This document shows positions 13,499 to 26,793 of a stretch of DNA of 64,000 nt, piece after piece. Both the position numbers and the translations under genes were made by a program. This DNA comes from Balanoglossus misakiensis (Eukaryota > Animalia > Hemichordata): positions 2,145,745-2,209,744 of the forward strand of contig CM082591.2 of NCBI GenBank assembly GCA_040954595.2. Reading direction: 5' to 3'. Under the pieces are notes generated by a model, which was not told the DNA's origin, did not search any database, and saw only the letters and a list, made by a program, of their open reading frames with translations. Every line of letters begins with the position of its first letter. Position 1 is the first letter of the stretch.

Positions 13499-13977
13499 GG
13501 GGGCAGAAGTAGACAGGTAAAGGATTTTGCTTCGATAAAATCGAATTTCGGCCGAAAAAGCTGCAGTCCGGATCCGGACCGCAGAAGCACCAGTTTTTTC
13601 TATGGCGCCTTGCAGGGCTGTGGTGGAGGCTGTGTAACGCCGGGAACACACAGACCTGTACGCAGAGCTAGGCCGGTGACGGCTGAGTTGCTTCCTTGCA
13701 AAGGTCTCGGAGTCGCACTCGATCACCTGCTCTTGTAACTCCCAATCTCTTTATTTCCCCTTCCGTCATGGAAAGAACGGTGGCAGCTTCAACCCGCTCA
13801 TTGCCAAATTTATCTCCTGCAATATTGCCTCGATGTCCATCTCATTCGACTGCGACTGAGACGCACAAAACAAACGGAAAACACGGAAAATGGCCGACAG
13901 CAAAAATTGTGCGCCCTCTGGTGAGGTGGAAGTGAAGGTTGTAAACAAGTAAATAATAATAATACTAGCAAAGTATC

Positions 13978-14726
13978 ATAATATATTAACGAATCAATAT
14001 ATAATCGTACTACTTCAACATAATATACTACTATTTATTTATAATATATTAACGAATCAAAATATAATCGTACTACTTCAACATTATATACTACTATTTA
14101 TTTATAATATATTAACGAATCAAAATATAATCGTACTACTTCAACATTAAATACTACTATTTATTTATAATATATTAACGAATCAAAATATAATCGTACT
14201 ACTTCAACATTAAATACTACTATTTATTTATAATATATTAACGAATCAAAATATAATCGTACTACTTCAACATTAAATACTACTATTTATTTATAATATA
14301 TTAACGAATCAAAATATAATCGTACTACTTCAACATTAAATACTACTATTTATTTATAATATATTAACGAATCAAAATATAATCGTACTACTTCAACATT
14401 AAATACTACTATTTATTTATAATATATTAACGAATCAAAATATAATCGTACTACTTCAACATTAAATACTACTATTTATTTATAATATATTAACGAATCA
14501 AAATATAATCGTACTACTTCAACATTAAATACTACTATTTATTTATAATATATTAACGAATCAAAATATAATCGTACTACTTCAACATTAAATACTACTA
14601 TTTATTTATAATATATTAACGAATCAAAATATAATCGTACTACTTCAACATTAAATACTACTATTTATTTATAATATATTAACGAATCAAAATATAATCG
14701 TACTACTTCAACATTAAATACTACTA
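13978..14726 (-). repeat. 63-bp tandem array, 12 units (right arm of foldback element)
   Basis: Reverse complement of the left-arm unit, ending at 14033, 14096 ... 14726. Confidence 0.97.
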
Positions 14727-14946
14727 TTGCTATACTTAAGACCCCTGAGGCTTGCCATATACAAAATTGTTAGATTCTGCTTATTTACAAATGCACAAAG
14801 ATACACGTCTGATCTAAGTCACAGTCACAGTCACAAATTAATATACATCTCATCATAAAAAAATCTCTATCAAGAAGTGTAACAAGAAAATGACAACAAA
14901 ATGACTGAGGCACTCGTATTATCTGAATCAACACTACCATTACGGC

Positions 14947-16231
14947 CTATGCGGGGAAATTGTCCACATATCCATTACCAGGCGCATGGTTCGCGACGGA
15001 TGCGATAGCGTTGATAGCAACCACCTCGACGACGACAATGATGATGACAAAAGCAACCATGATGAAGAGCCCAGTAACCAGGGCGATGATGGACAGCAGT
15101 CGGGTCATTCTGGAGGCCTCCCTTGCACCAAACTCGTCACCTTGCAGTGCTCTTCTGTATACCTGGAGTGCAAGATACAGACAGTACATGTATATTCACT
15201 TACAAATGTAGCTACACGGGTTGAAACGTTAGATTATGTCTTTTATAGCTTCAAGTTATTGAAGGCATGCGGTCTAGTGTAATTTACGTATGCATGTAAA
15301 CTTTCAAAATGGCGTGACAGTGTTCGAATGACCATGGTGGTGCCCTTTTTTCATTTATGAAAAACCAAATCATCATGATTTGTTAATTTTGTTTTATAGA
15401 CGACAGACTATAGCTCACCTCTCTGGATTTCAATATGGCGAACAGACCAACCGGCCAGAAACAACAAATCGTCGTGAAGATAGCAAAACCAAGGTAATCA
15501 TCAGGCACATGTGTGAGAGGAGTCCGACTTGAAATCGGCGCGGGGTCATCGTCACCCGGGCTGTCTCTGTACGGCCCCATCTCCAACGACTCGGTCGGCA
15601 CTTGTTCATACTCTGTATAAGAATGACATTTATGACTGCAGTAACTGGGAAACGTAAAATGTTAATTGGAGCAATATCTAAATTGATTGTAGTTTGTTTC
15701 ATTATGAAAAACACAGTTTTTCTGTCGACTAATTATATCCCACAAGATCCGTGTTTCGTGTCCTAAAACTGGTTCTGTGTTTTTTTTGTACTTGTAGATT
15801 ATCGTGTCTCTTGTCTGCATGAAAGCGGGTACCACAGTACAGAACAGACGAGACGCCAATTGAAAAAAGGTATTTCCTTGTCTATAGTGTCACATCATAT
15901 GCACATAAGACACAACAGCCATGCTTCAAGACGACAGTGGTTCTGTCTGACGACACAATATGAATAAATAATCCGAATGATTGCCGAGTTTGGATGAAAA
16001 ACTCGGAGAAACTTTTGAGGAGTGGAGTTCGAGTAACCCAGTTTCTTGGCTCTTTGCCCCCAAGCAGCGGCCGCCATGACACTTTTGCTCTCGTTTCGTG
16101 GCGTCGCTGTTTTTCAACGCACCAGTGCGTTCATTTACTAAAACTTTTCAGAATGTAAGTCCTGAAAAACTGGAAGCCTGCACATTTACATGTACATTGT
16201 ATGTATACTTACTGACTCCGGACTGCTCCAT
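14947..16231 (-). CDS. Dispanin (CD225/IFITM/PRRT1-like) gene 1; exons 16213-16231, 15419-15612, 14947-15162
   Basis: MEQSGVKYEQVPTE...[30 protein letters not shown]|VYRRALQGDEFGAREASRMTR plus TM helix; CD225 CCFW and GD..GA motifs; phase-compatible GT-AG introns. Confidence 0.88.
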
Positions 16232-16868
16232 GACTTCCAACTGGCAACGTATGCGTATATATGCGCACTACAAACCAGAAGACTTTGGTATGGTATTACT
16301 TGGATAGCTTTGTGCCCGGACAGAGTTTGCATATCAATATTGCTATGAACCGTGGAAACAGTCACTACACATGCGTGCTGCATTTACCCAACACCGAGGG
16401 TGTGCATATCCTGGTGTATATCCTTGTGCCGAAACTTCAACAACCAAGTACGCCTTATTGTGATTTCCCAGGTGTGCGTCTTATGACACGCGGACAGAAC
16501 CCACGTGTCGCGCAGTGACGGCATTTTGAACGCCCTTTTTGACAAGCGTGAACTTAGCGACTGGACAAGTGCACTGCATATCTGACAGCCAGTGTGCGCT
16601 TGTCGCCTAAAAAGCATTACTGTCTCAGTTACAAAGACAGTGATTCTTGCGTATACTTGCAGGTTGACTATGTCATATAAAAACAAAGAAAACGTTTAAG
16701 TTGACAAAAAGGATGTATTTATTACACGTATAAGCTTATTATTCAAAAATTCAATGCCATACTCTCCAACGCAGAAATCATCAAACTCATACGGTCAATT
16801 GCAAATGCGAGTATAAATAGAAATAGTATATGTATATATAACAGACTATGTGGGAATGTGTTTTGCTG

Positions 16869-17809
16869 CTACGATCTGAGGACGACCCCAAAGACTATTA
16901 CGAAATATAGAATAAGACCGGTGAGTCCGATGACCAGGGCGATGAGAGAAAATCGCTTGGCAGACCGCGACGATTCTAGGGCGCCCTCTGTGTCTCCTTG
17001 CCACGTTTTCTTGTGTACCTGGGGAAAATACGAGACATTTTGTTAAGATTAGTGTGTTTTAGACATTCAGGTTTTAAAGATGAGAATAAAGACGGCTGCC
17101 TTGTGCCTCGCCTACCGCACAGCCATCATGCATAGCCGAACACCCTGACCTAGTCTAGTTTCTGCGTCCTCGCATTTTCAGTAAAGCCAAAAATACTTAC
17201 ATCTCTCGATTTCAGAATGGCGAATATTCCCAATGGCCAGAAACAACAGAGTGTTGTGAAGATGGCGAGGCCCATGTAGTCATCTGGTACTGGCTGCTGT
17301 AGAACGACGCCCCCAGCTACAGGCTGTTGAACTGTCACCTGAGAAAATGAAATGACATACCAATATACACCACTTTATAAAGTCGGAATTTGGTGGAGAA
17401 AAAAAATAGTAGACATATATAGATCATTTTCCGAACTCTGTGAGATCACGCGTTGCTAAGCAATCTATGAGGGATGGTCGTTGTTACGGTAAGAAAGTCC
17501 CTCGCGAGATCTCGCAATGAGCTTCGACCGTGAACTTACCATGTTCGAGTTTGTCATCGGATACGGCGGTGGTGAATTCATATCGAGGACGTGCGGATGC
17601 GTTGGTTGTGGCGCTGCATAGCCATCTGAAAAAGAATAAGAATGAATGTTAAGTCTTGTTTGACTGGACTGCAACTTTTTCTCGCCAAATATATCAGTTA
17701 AAGACCGTGATGCTTGAGTTATGGCGCTGTATTAAATCGCAACTTTCAGCAAAGTCATGATTCTGTTAACCAGATATGTGATCGACCTACCGACAACTTT
17801 CTTCTCCAT
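16869..17809 (-). CDS. Dispanin gene 2; exons 17791-17809, 17540-17625, 17201-17338, 16869-17018
   Basis: MEKKVVDGYAAP...PPPYPM...[29 protein letters not shown]|VHKKTWQGDTEGALESSRSAKRFSLIALVIG...LRS*. Confidence 0.88.
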
Positions 17810-18506
17810 GATGCTACAATGATTTGACGCCCAAAGCAGTTTCCCTGCTGGATCCAAGGTGGCTCGTTTTTAATATATCATCGCCGCTTACTCCAGTCAA
17901 CATTTATATACCAAGCACAGGAAGTGACGCATACGATTTGCTAAGCCAGGCGGCTTTCTTGGAACGAACTTCGAACTCACCGGGAAGCTGGTAATTATTT
18001 AAGAGTAAAAGTTGTCATAACATAAATCCCTGATATAAGAACACGCCGACCTCAACCTCGGCATGCGATAAGCTGGCATGCCGTCATTGAGGTTATCAGA
18101 AGGGCGTGAGCGCAAATCACTGTTTATGTACAAATGGTTGTATCCTTGGAAACCTTTACGAAAACCGGATGGCATGTGTGCAGTAATAAGCCACACAATA
18201 ATAGATCTAGTCAAAACAACTTAATCGAAAAATTTCACTTTTATAGCAACGGCTCTCGGGCTGTGGTGTTTCAAACAATGTAATGTTTGGCTGGCATGGT
18301 TACACGTGATTCAAATATGGCGAAAGTCCGGCTACTGTATATAGTTGGAGCTATAAAAAAGAATTTAATGACAATGTCCTGAATTGGAATATACTTGAAA
18401 CTTGGTAGGCGAAGCCTGTGATCATGAACATCACGTGGTTCCCAACACAGCAAAAAACTTTGTGTTTATGATTTATGTACGGAGAAATACAGTTACTCTT
18501 TCCAGT

Positions 18507-18516
18507 GGAATTTCCC
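18507..18516 (-). promoter_or_regulatory. Consensus NF-kB site (GGGAAATTCC) in the divergent promoter between dispanin genes 2 and 3
   Basis: ggaatttccc on + strand; motif match only. Confidence 0.3.
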
Positions 18517-18793
18517 TGAGTACAATTTCGCGTGTAAGTAGTATTAATATTTGCAAAAGTACGGCGGTGTTTTATTTAGATTTCGCAGAAATTACGCTGT
18601 GAAATTCCGCGAAGCTCGGTTTATTTTAACGCGCATGCGTGTTGTATATCCTGTGATATGTAAACAGCGGATGTTGGCCAACTCTGCGGTATCTGCGGTA
18701 TCAGTCCACAGTGACGCGAAGACGTGACTTTGAACGCTCTGCACATCCACGACTGTTTCATACGCACTTGCGGAAGTTTTCAACTGTTCGACC

Positions 18794-20211
<1,418 letters not shown>

Positions 20212-21199
20212 ATGCATACTAATTGACCATTTTACGCACTCCAGGAGATCTCGTGAGATCTCGCGAGACTTGGGAGGACATTCTCATGTGACACACGACG
20301 AATAGCACTTGGTACATTGTGTTAAGTGGCACATACGTTACACTTTTTGTTAAACTCTGGACCTGTTCTGGTTTCATACAAATCTCAAGTTGTAATACCA
20401 GGCTAGAAACCCCACAATTCAGTCATCAACAATGCTGACTAAGCTATAATAATGAAAATTCAGCCAAAAGTCAACTGATATAACTTTCACACAAGTATTA
20501 TTGGGTACACTATTTTGAGTGATAGTAAAGGGACAATGACTCAGTTCCAAGCACAGACACATGGGCCTTTAAAACATTGCCTGTGAATTCTATTTTGTTT
20601 TTCGTTTTTGACCCTTTTTTATTAGCTTTAGATATATCGTATATAATCCTGTTTTTGTTTGGTTATCTTGTCTTTTCCGATTTGTTCAGATATTTACCAG
20701 AAATAAATGACACTTTTCTCTTTGTTATGAAAATGAGTTTGGATTTCTTATATTTAATCACTGTGACAACCAATAGAAATAGCCATCTCGTGGAGAGGGA
20801 TTTAATTATGCTAAATATGATTTGAAAATTAGGAACACTGGACGTACGCCTTTAGGAGAGACATGTGGCGTTTGACTCTCAACAGGTAGTTCAGCCAACT
20901 TTTGGTGTTTTCGTCAAACTGTCCTCGATTCATCAACCCCGGCACGAACGAACGATTCAGTTGCTAAATGAGAGAGGTGGCTGTACAACGCCCTCACACA
21001 TTCACTCACACATGTATAATTACTCGCAGTACCAGTAATGGTCACATGACAATAAATGACGCAGAGAAAAAAAGTATAACCACCACTGCACTGGGCCATC
21101 GTGACCTGTTACTCATACTGATATCAGAACGCTGTTGTAGAAGCCGCTTCTTACAAACGGACCAAGAACTTGACGAAGATCTCTGTTGAACCTTCAGAA

Positions 21200-23184
21200 A
21201 TGGCTGGTACGTTTAAGTATATCCTTGAGCTCGTTCTGTTTAAGATTCGTGGTATTGTCCGACACTGGGAATTTTGCTTTTTTCGATATTTATAAAATGT
21301 ATTTTACACATCCGTGTGCCCGAAACCCACCGCTTTCACGACACTTCTTTTATCAGAAAACATAAGTTGTGTAAAGGTACAACCTAAAACTTCCATTTTA
21401 ACAGGTAGCGTTTCCATGGTTTCTGTGAAAGTTTTTTTTACTTTAAATTTTGCTGCCGGGTGCTGGTAAAAATACTCTCGCTGCAGGATCCGGGTTCGTG
21501 CAGTTGTCATTGGAGGAAATCCGGGTTATATCTTCATTCAGTTTCAATCAGTCGTGTGGATATAAATTGTGGACAGAAATATCCTAGCGAGACGTCTTAC
21601 ATTTAATCTCTAGAAATGCCTGGCACATAGTGGTTTTATTTACATACTTAAAAATAACATGACACGTCAGTCTTTGTGTTTGTTTAAATAAAAACGTCTA
21701 CTGCCTTCGTTTGGTCGCATTTTTGTCCGTGAAATTTTTTTTTACCAAATGGACGAGACCCTGGACCAAACTTTCACATTTTCAGACTTGACGGAAAATT
21801 TCTAAAGTTTTTAGGCCTCCACAAATCAAAAAAGTCACGGTATCCTTCAGTCCATAAAAGCATACCAGGGTTCCCTGTGGCCTGCCCCAAATGCAGTGCA
21901 CTGCACTGCTGTTTGTATTCACACAGCAAATAATAAGAGGTCAGTTGGGGTCAACCACAATAAAACACTGTGACGTCTGGTGCAATAAGTGCTGGGCCCC
22001 TATTGTTAGACTTTTCTGCGCACTCACGGAGCTTTAGTCAGGCGACACTTTTTGTGTAGGTCCGATTTCTTTAAACCGTCTTCCAGGGCCTGCGGAAGGA
22101 TTTACACTTTCTCCTGAGTACGTGAAGATTTTTTTTGATACGCCAACCATAAGAAACGAATGTAAAGAATATCGTCAACGTTAAATAACGTAAAGTTTAG
22201 TTGAGTGATTTTTATTTATTTATTTATGCATTTATTTATTTGTTTATTTATTTATTTAGAAAAGAACCAAGTATGTCCCGAAAAACAAGGGATGCCTCCA
22301 CCCTATGTTTCCATACCGGATTCTGTGGTAAGTAAAAACTTCCTCGTTGTCAAGAATTCTGTCTATTCCTCGTCAAAGTATCGCGGATTTACATATATGA
22401 GACGTTTTGGTCGCCAAGTAACAGCTATCGACTCAAACACAAACTGGCACAAACAGCTCAAAACTAAACTGGCCGTTGGAATTGTCAGTCATGTTGTCTC
22501 ATCGAAGTTCTCTGAATTCATATTGGCATTTGACTCTCAACAGGTGACAACCCAGCCAGCACTATTGGGAGTGCCGAAGATGATGGTGAACCCACGTGAC
22601 GTGCCTAATGACTATTTGGGATTCGCTCTCTTCGCTACCATCTGCTGCTTCTGGCCCGTGGGTCTCTTCGCGGTCCTCAAGTCTCGTAACGTGAGTTCTA
22701 GAGATATCCGTTCGAAGTCATCATTTGGTATTTAACACGCGAGAGATTGAAGTCGCCGTGTCCAATATTCCTTAATGGACAAATGGCAAACATACCACGT
22801 ATCTTCATAATTGTCAGTGTGTTGGACACTTTTTTGGACGAGTGTGGCGACAATGCTCGGTTAAGAATGTCTCGCAGTTTCACTCTAAGTTTGATCGACA
22901 ACTGGCGTTTACCGTGTCATCTTCTTTTTCATCTACAGGTGCACCGCGCTGTGTGGCAGGGTGACATGTTCACCGCCAAGCGATCCTCGCTGTGGGCCAA
23001 GCGCCTGTCAATCATCGCTCTCCTGCTCGGCCTTCTCTGCATAACCCTCTTCGTGGTGGTGTGGAAGTTCGTCGTGGCCCGCCACATGTGCGACGAGATG
23101 AAGGACGGCGACGGCGACGGCAACTTCATGTGGATGTGCGGAGGTCGAGGCGACGGCGACGATTACGACCGCCGCCACCACTAG
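21200..23184 (+). CDS. Dispanin gene 4; exons 21200-21206, 22260-22327, 22544-22690, 22939-23184
   Basis: MAEKNQVCPEKQGMPPPYV...[29 protein letters not shown]|VHRAVWQGDMFTAKRSS plus TM and an acidic tail. The first micro-exon is less certain. Confidence 0.85.
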
Positions 23185-23769
23185 CCACGCAGTGGTTTGA
23201 AAGCGTCGTCACACTGTTTCCTTGGAAACAAGACGATTTCATTATCGTGCTGCAGTTATTGGCCACATATGATAACCGAACTTGCTTGAATTTAATGATT
23301 AGTTCTCACTGATTGGTTGTTCGCAACTGAGCTACTGTGTTTAATTTTGAAACACGCAATTTCTTATTTACAATATGTTCATTTCAAGTGTTTGTAAAGG
23401 ATCTCATTGAAAATGAGTTTAAAGAAACTAACACCATGCTATCGCTTCTGTTCTTGATTAATTGGGTTTTAAATGTGTACACAAAAAATGAAACATCGGA
23501 AGTTTTCGAAACAGTATTATTATTTCGAACCCAGTTTATGAAAAAGACACATTTACTTCAAAAAGTATTGTACAACCATTATCATTTACATACATTCATA
23601 AAAGACCAATTTGACAAAAAACTAAAATTAAACTTAAGGTCATTATATCAAGGAATTTAATTGAATGATAAATAAAATCTTACAATTTCTACTCTGTATA
23701 GGCCTACATGATTTGTTGGCGTCATTCAGTATTTTACATAACTTTCAGACAAACACACACAGTCGATAG

Positions 23770-23800
<31 letters not shown>

Positions 23801-23826
23801 GTCTCTCTCTCTGTCTCTCTCTCTCG
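23770..23826. repeat. (CT)n microsatellite
   Basis: Visible dinucleotide run. Confidence 0.95.
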
Positions 23827-24095
23827 CACCCACAGAAATGAATACCTCAGACAAAAGACTGACTGAAAATATCAATTTTTGTGCCGCTATTCCTGTTTTC
23901 TTTTACTTTCTAAAACTTGTCCAGGGTAGCTGATATCTATGTTCATTTGTTTAATTTAGACTATCAAATTACCCAGGGATCATTGCGAATCTAATATGGC
24001 GACTTCCATGAGATATATGAACATGTGTCGAAACGAGTTGTATCGTTGCAGCTAGTGTTTTCCTCGTGAGCCCAGGCAATTTCAAACGAGTAGCT

Positions 24096-26311
24096 ATGGA
24101 AATATCAGACGCAGAAGCACAGGATGGTGGCAGTGAAATGTTCGACCATGTTCTGTACTCAACAGTGACATTTATATTCGGTGTCGCCGTCCTCATCAAG
24201 TATTTTCGCAATGAACTCCGCGTGGGCGTGAGAAGTATAGCCGCAATGTTTGTTCTGTTTGTTGGCGAGCCGCTCTGTCAGTTTGCCATCGGCGGACACT
24301 TCGGCCTCGTTATATTTATGCTCTGGTGCTCTGTTACTTATATCGCTCTTCCAGCAAATCATCTTGACATCAGCGACAAAGCTATTCTTATCACAGGTAA
24401 TATACACGGCACGAAGGGTACCGCCCCAAACGTAGGGGGGGGGGGGGGGGGTTCAGTTCACGTCCAGCTAATTTAACATGCGTTCAGTTATTCAGGAAAT
24501 ATATTTCGCCATGTATAACTTTTACAATTACAGTTACAAAGACAGGAATATACAGTCTGTCAATACTAACATTTCTTTTTGTGTGTGCGTTTCCATGGTG
24601 ACAGGTTGTGATAGTGGTCTAGGCCATGCATTAGCGAAGTACTGCGACCAGAGAGGTTTCCGAGTCTTTGCTGGGTGTCTTCAGAAAGAAGGGCAAGGTG
24701 CTTTACAATTGGTCAGCAGCTGCTCAAATAACTTAACAGTATTACAGTTGGATGTGACGAAGGAAGATGAAATTCAGGAAAGCCGGAGACTTGTTGAAGA
24801 AAACCTGGAAGGTGATGGTGAGTGAACTTTTTTGTGTGGTGGAAATCCCAGGTAAACTGTGAGCCATTATAACAGTACAAATTAAATTATTTTTTTTTAA
24901 AATTAACATTCAATTTAATTAAAAAATGCATTCATTTTCTTTAAACCAATTCTTGAACAGGTTTGTGGGGCATAGTCAACAATGCCGGTGTGTTCTCCTT
25001 CATGGATATCGAGTTGACACCAATGCATATGTACAGAGATATGCTGGAAGTCAATTGCCTGGGTATTGTGAGAATGGTTCAAGTATTCCTGCCCATGATC
25101 AGAGAAGCCAAGGGGAGAATTGTCAACATATCAAGTACATATGGTAAGTCATGGAAAAGGACTACTCGAAAATAGTATTAACATACTGACATGACCACAC
25201 AGGTGATTTTAATTGGGGTGTTAGGGGTCTTCAGTGGAAAGGCCCCCTGGCAAAGGGGATTTGAAAGGGTGTTCGTTATAACCAGTTGTCCAGATTAGAC
25301 AGGGTTCGGTTTAGTCAGGTTTTACCACATAAGCAGTGTTAAAATTTCAGATTCCCTTCATACGTTTATAATAAACAGAGTTTGTACATTTTGCATGTTT
25401 GCAGGCAGAGTGCCCTTGATGGGAATGAGTGCGTACAATATCTCCAAAGCCGGGGTGGAGATCTTTACGGATGTTTTGCGGCAAGAAATGAAGAAGTGGC
25501 AGATAAGTGTCTCTGTGGTTCAACCGTATGGGTTTCTGACAGGTAAGCCATAAATATTGACAGATATATGCTTCATAAATAAATGTCAACAACCTACAAC
25601 CTTACAAAATTATGTTTACTGCGTAGACAACGCTCCCCTACAGTCTTCAGGCTCAATAAAGTAAACATTGCTTGTGCGACTCGAATCTGGGAGAAAGGTA
25701 GACATAGTCCAGCGCGTACCAGACCTGTATTCTGCCAAGAAGTACAGTCAGGGTCACCTCTCATAGCATACAACAGAAACAATAGCACAGGCAAGATCAG
25801 GCTACGTAGGAGCTACAAAATCGATAGTGGCAATCATCAAGAAGGTCAACTCATCATTAGCTCAGTGTTAGCTAATAGACCATTTTCCAAGCTCAACGAG
25901 ATCTCGCGAGATCTCGCGTGGCTAGCTGTATTGATAGTTTCACTCATCCTCCTAACAGCGTGCACGGCCCGAGACAAGATGGAACTGGCGTATCAATCCA
26001 TGGTGCGCGACCTTTCCCCTGCGATCAGACAACTCTACGGAACCCGGTACTTCGAGGACTACCACAGGGAGATCGTGCAGCAAGAAGGGCGCCCTCTACG
26101 GACGACCGAGACCTTGTCTGACGACAGCCGTTTTCTCTGCCGATGCGTTCGCGATGCGCTCTTGTCGCGTCGTCCACAAGCCCGATACCCGGAAGGTCCA
26201 GGCGCTAGACTCGCTATGTTTTTGGCAGACCACCTGCCGGACGCCATCTTGGATTTTTGTTTGCCATATATTTTACCCCACTGGGCCAGAATCCAGCCCT
26301 CTAGTCTCTGA
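24096..26311 (+). CDS. Membrane-anchored short-chain dehydrogenase/reductase (HSD17B2/RDH/BDH1-like, SDR9C type); exons 24096-24396, 24605-24817, 24961-25143, 25405-25542, 25959-26311
   Basis: ILITGCDSGLG Rossmann motif, WGIVNNAG, GRIVNISS, catalytic YNISK, DALLSRRPQARY; hydrophobic N-terminus. Confidence 0.9.
25874..25930 (+). repeat. Short interspersed repeat starting AATAGACCA and containing GAGATCTCGCGAGATCTCGCG; probably a DNA-transposon end
   Basis: Related copies at ~17420, ~20221, ~37492, ~42034 and ~45720. Confidence 0.65.
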
Positions 26312-26793
26312 GATGATGTCTGCATTCAGAATCTAACTTTCTGTTTCTGAGACTTCGTAATTTCGGACCAATAATTTGAAACATTCTGCACACTTTTGAT
26401 ACTTCTAAAAACCTTAAATTTATTCATTACAATTTTTCACAAAATAAAATTTTCTTTTCCATCTTGGTTGAGTTGTCTGTGAGTCAAGAAGGTACCAGAC
26501 ACCACAATATTGTGTTGTTGCCTCCAATTTATTCTGTTACAAAATCTCAGTATAAAAATGTAATTTAATTTCAAGACATCCATTGGATATAAAGTAGTGA
26601 AAAGTCATCACTGTAAAATGCTGGATGATTTTTAATAACTCAGCTAGTGAGTAAATGTCTTATATATAGAAAAGTTATAAAATCCGTAATTTGCTGAAGA
26701 AAGTGCATCTTAAGTCAGTATGACGAAACGAAGATGGCATAGTTGAGTGTTGCGTCAATGGAGGGATGCTGCATACATTCAAAGTCCTTGTCG

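Larger units (their letters stand above)
10722..14759. mobile_element. Foldback non-autonomous DNA transposon, IS3EU-like termini, 6-bp TSD
   Basis: Arms 10722-11856 and 13562-14759 are near-perfect reverse complements. Ends are TATGGCAAG...CTTGCCATA. TACAAA is duplicated at 10716-10721 and 14760-14765. Confidence 0.9.

Noticed and set aside
11470-13948. Mirror-image ORFs listed in the track (60-97 aa) as real genes
   Set aside because: They arise from the inverted arms; only the frameshifted SAM-like relic looks protein-like.
10722-14759. Polinton/Maverick assignment from the 6-bp TSD and long TIRs
   Set aside because: Ends are TAT...ATA rather than AG...CT, and no polymerase, integrase or capsid remnants are visible.
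25583-25958. N-terminal half of the 242-aa ORF as coding
   Set aside because: It is intron sequence containing a repeat; SDR homology resumes at the acceptor before 25959.
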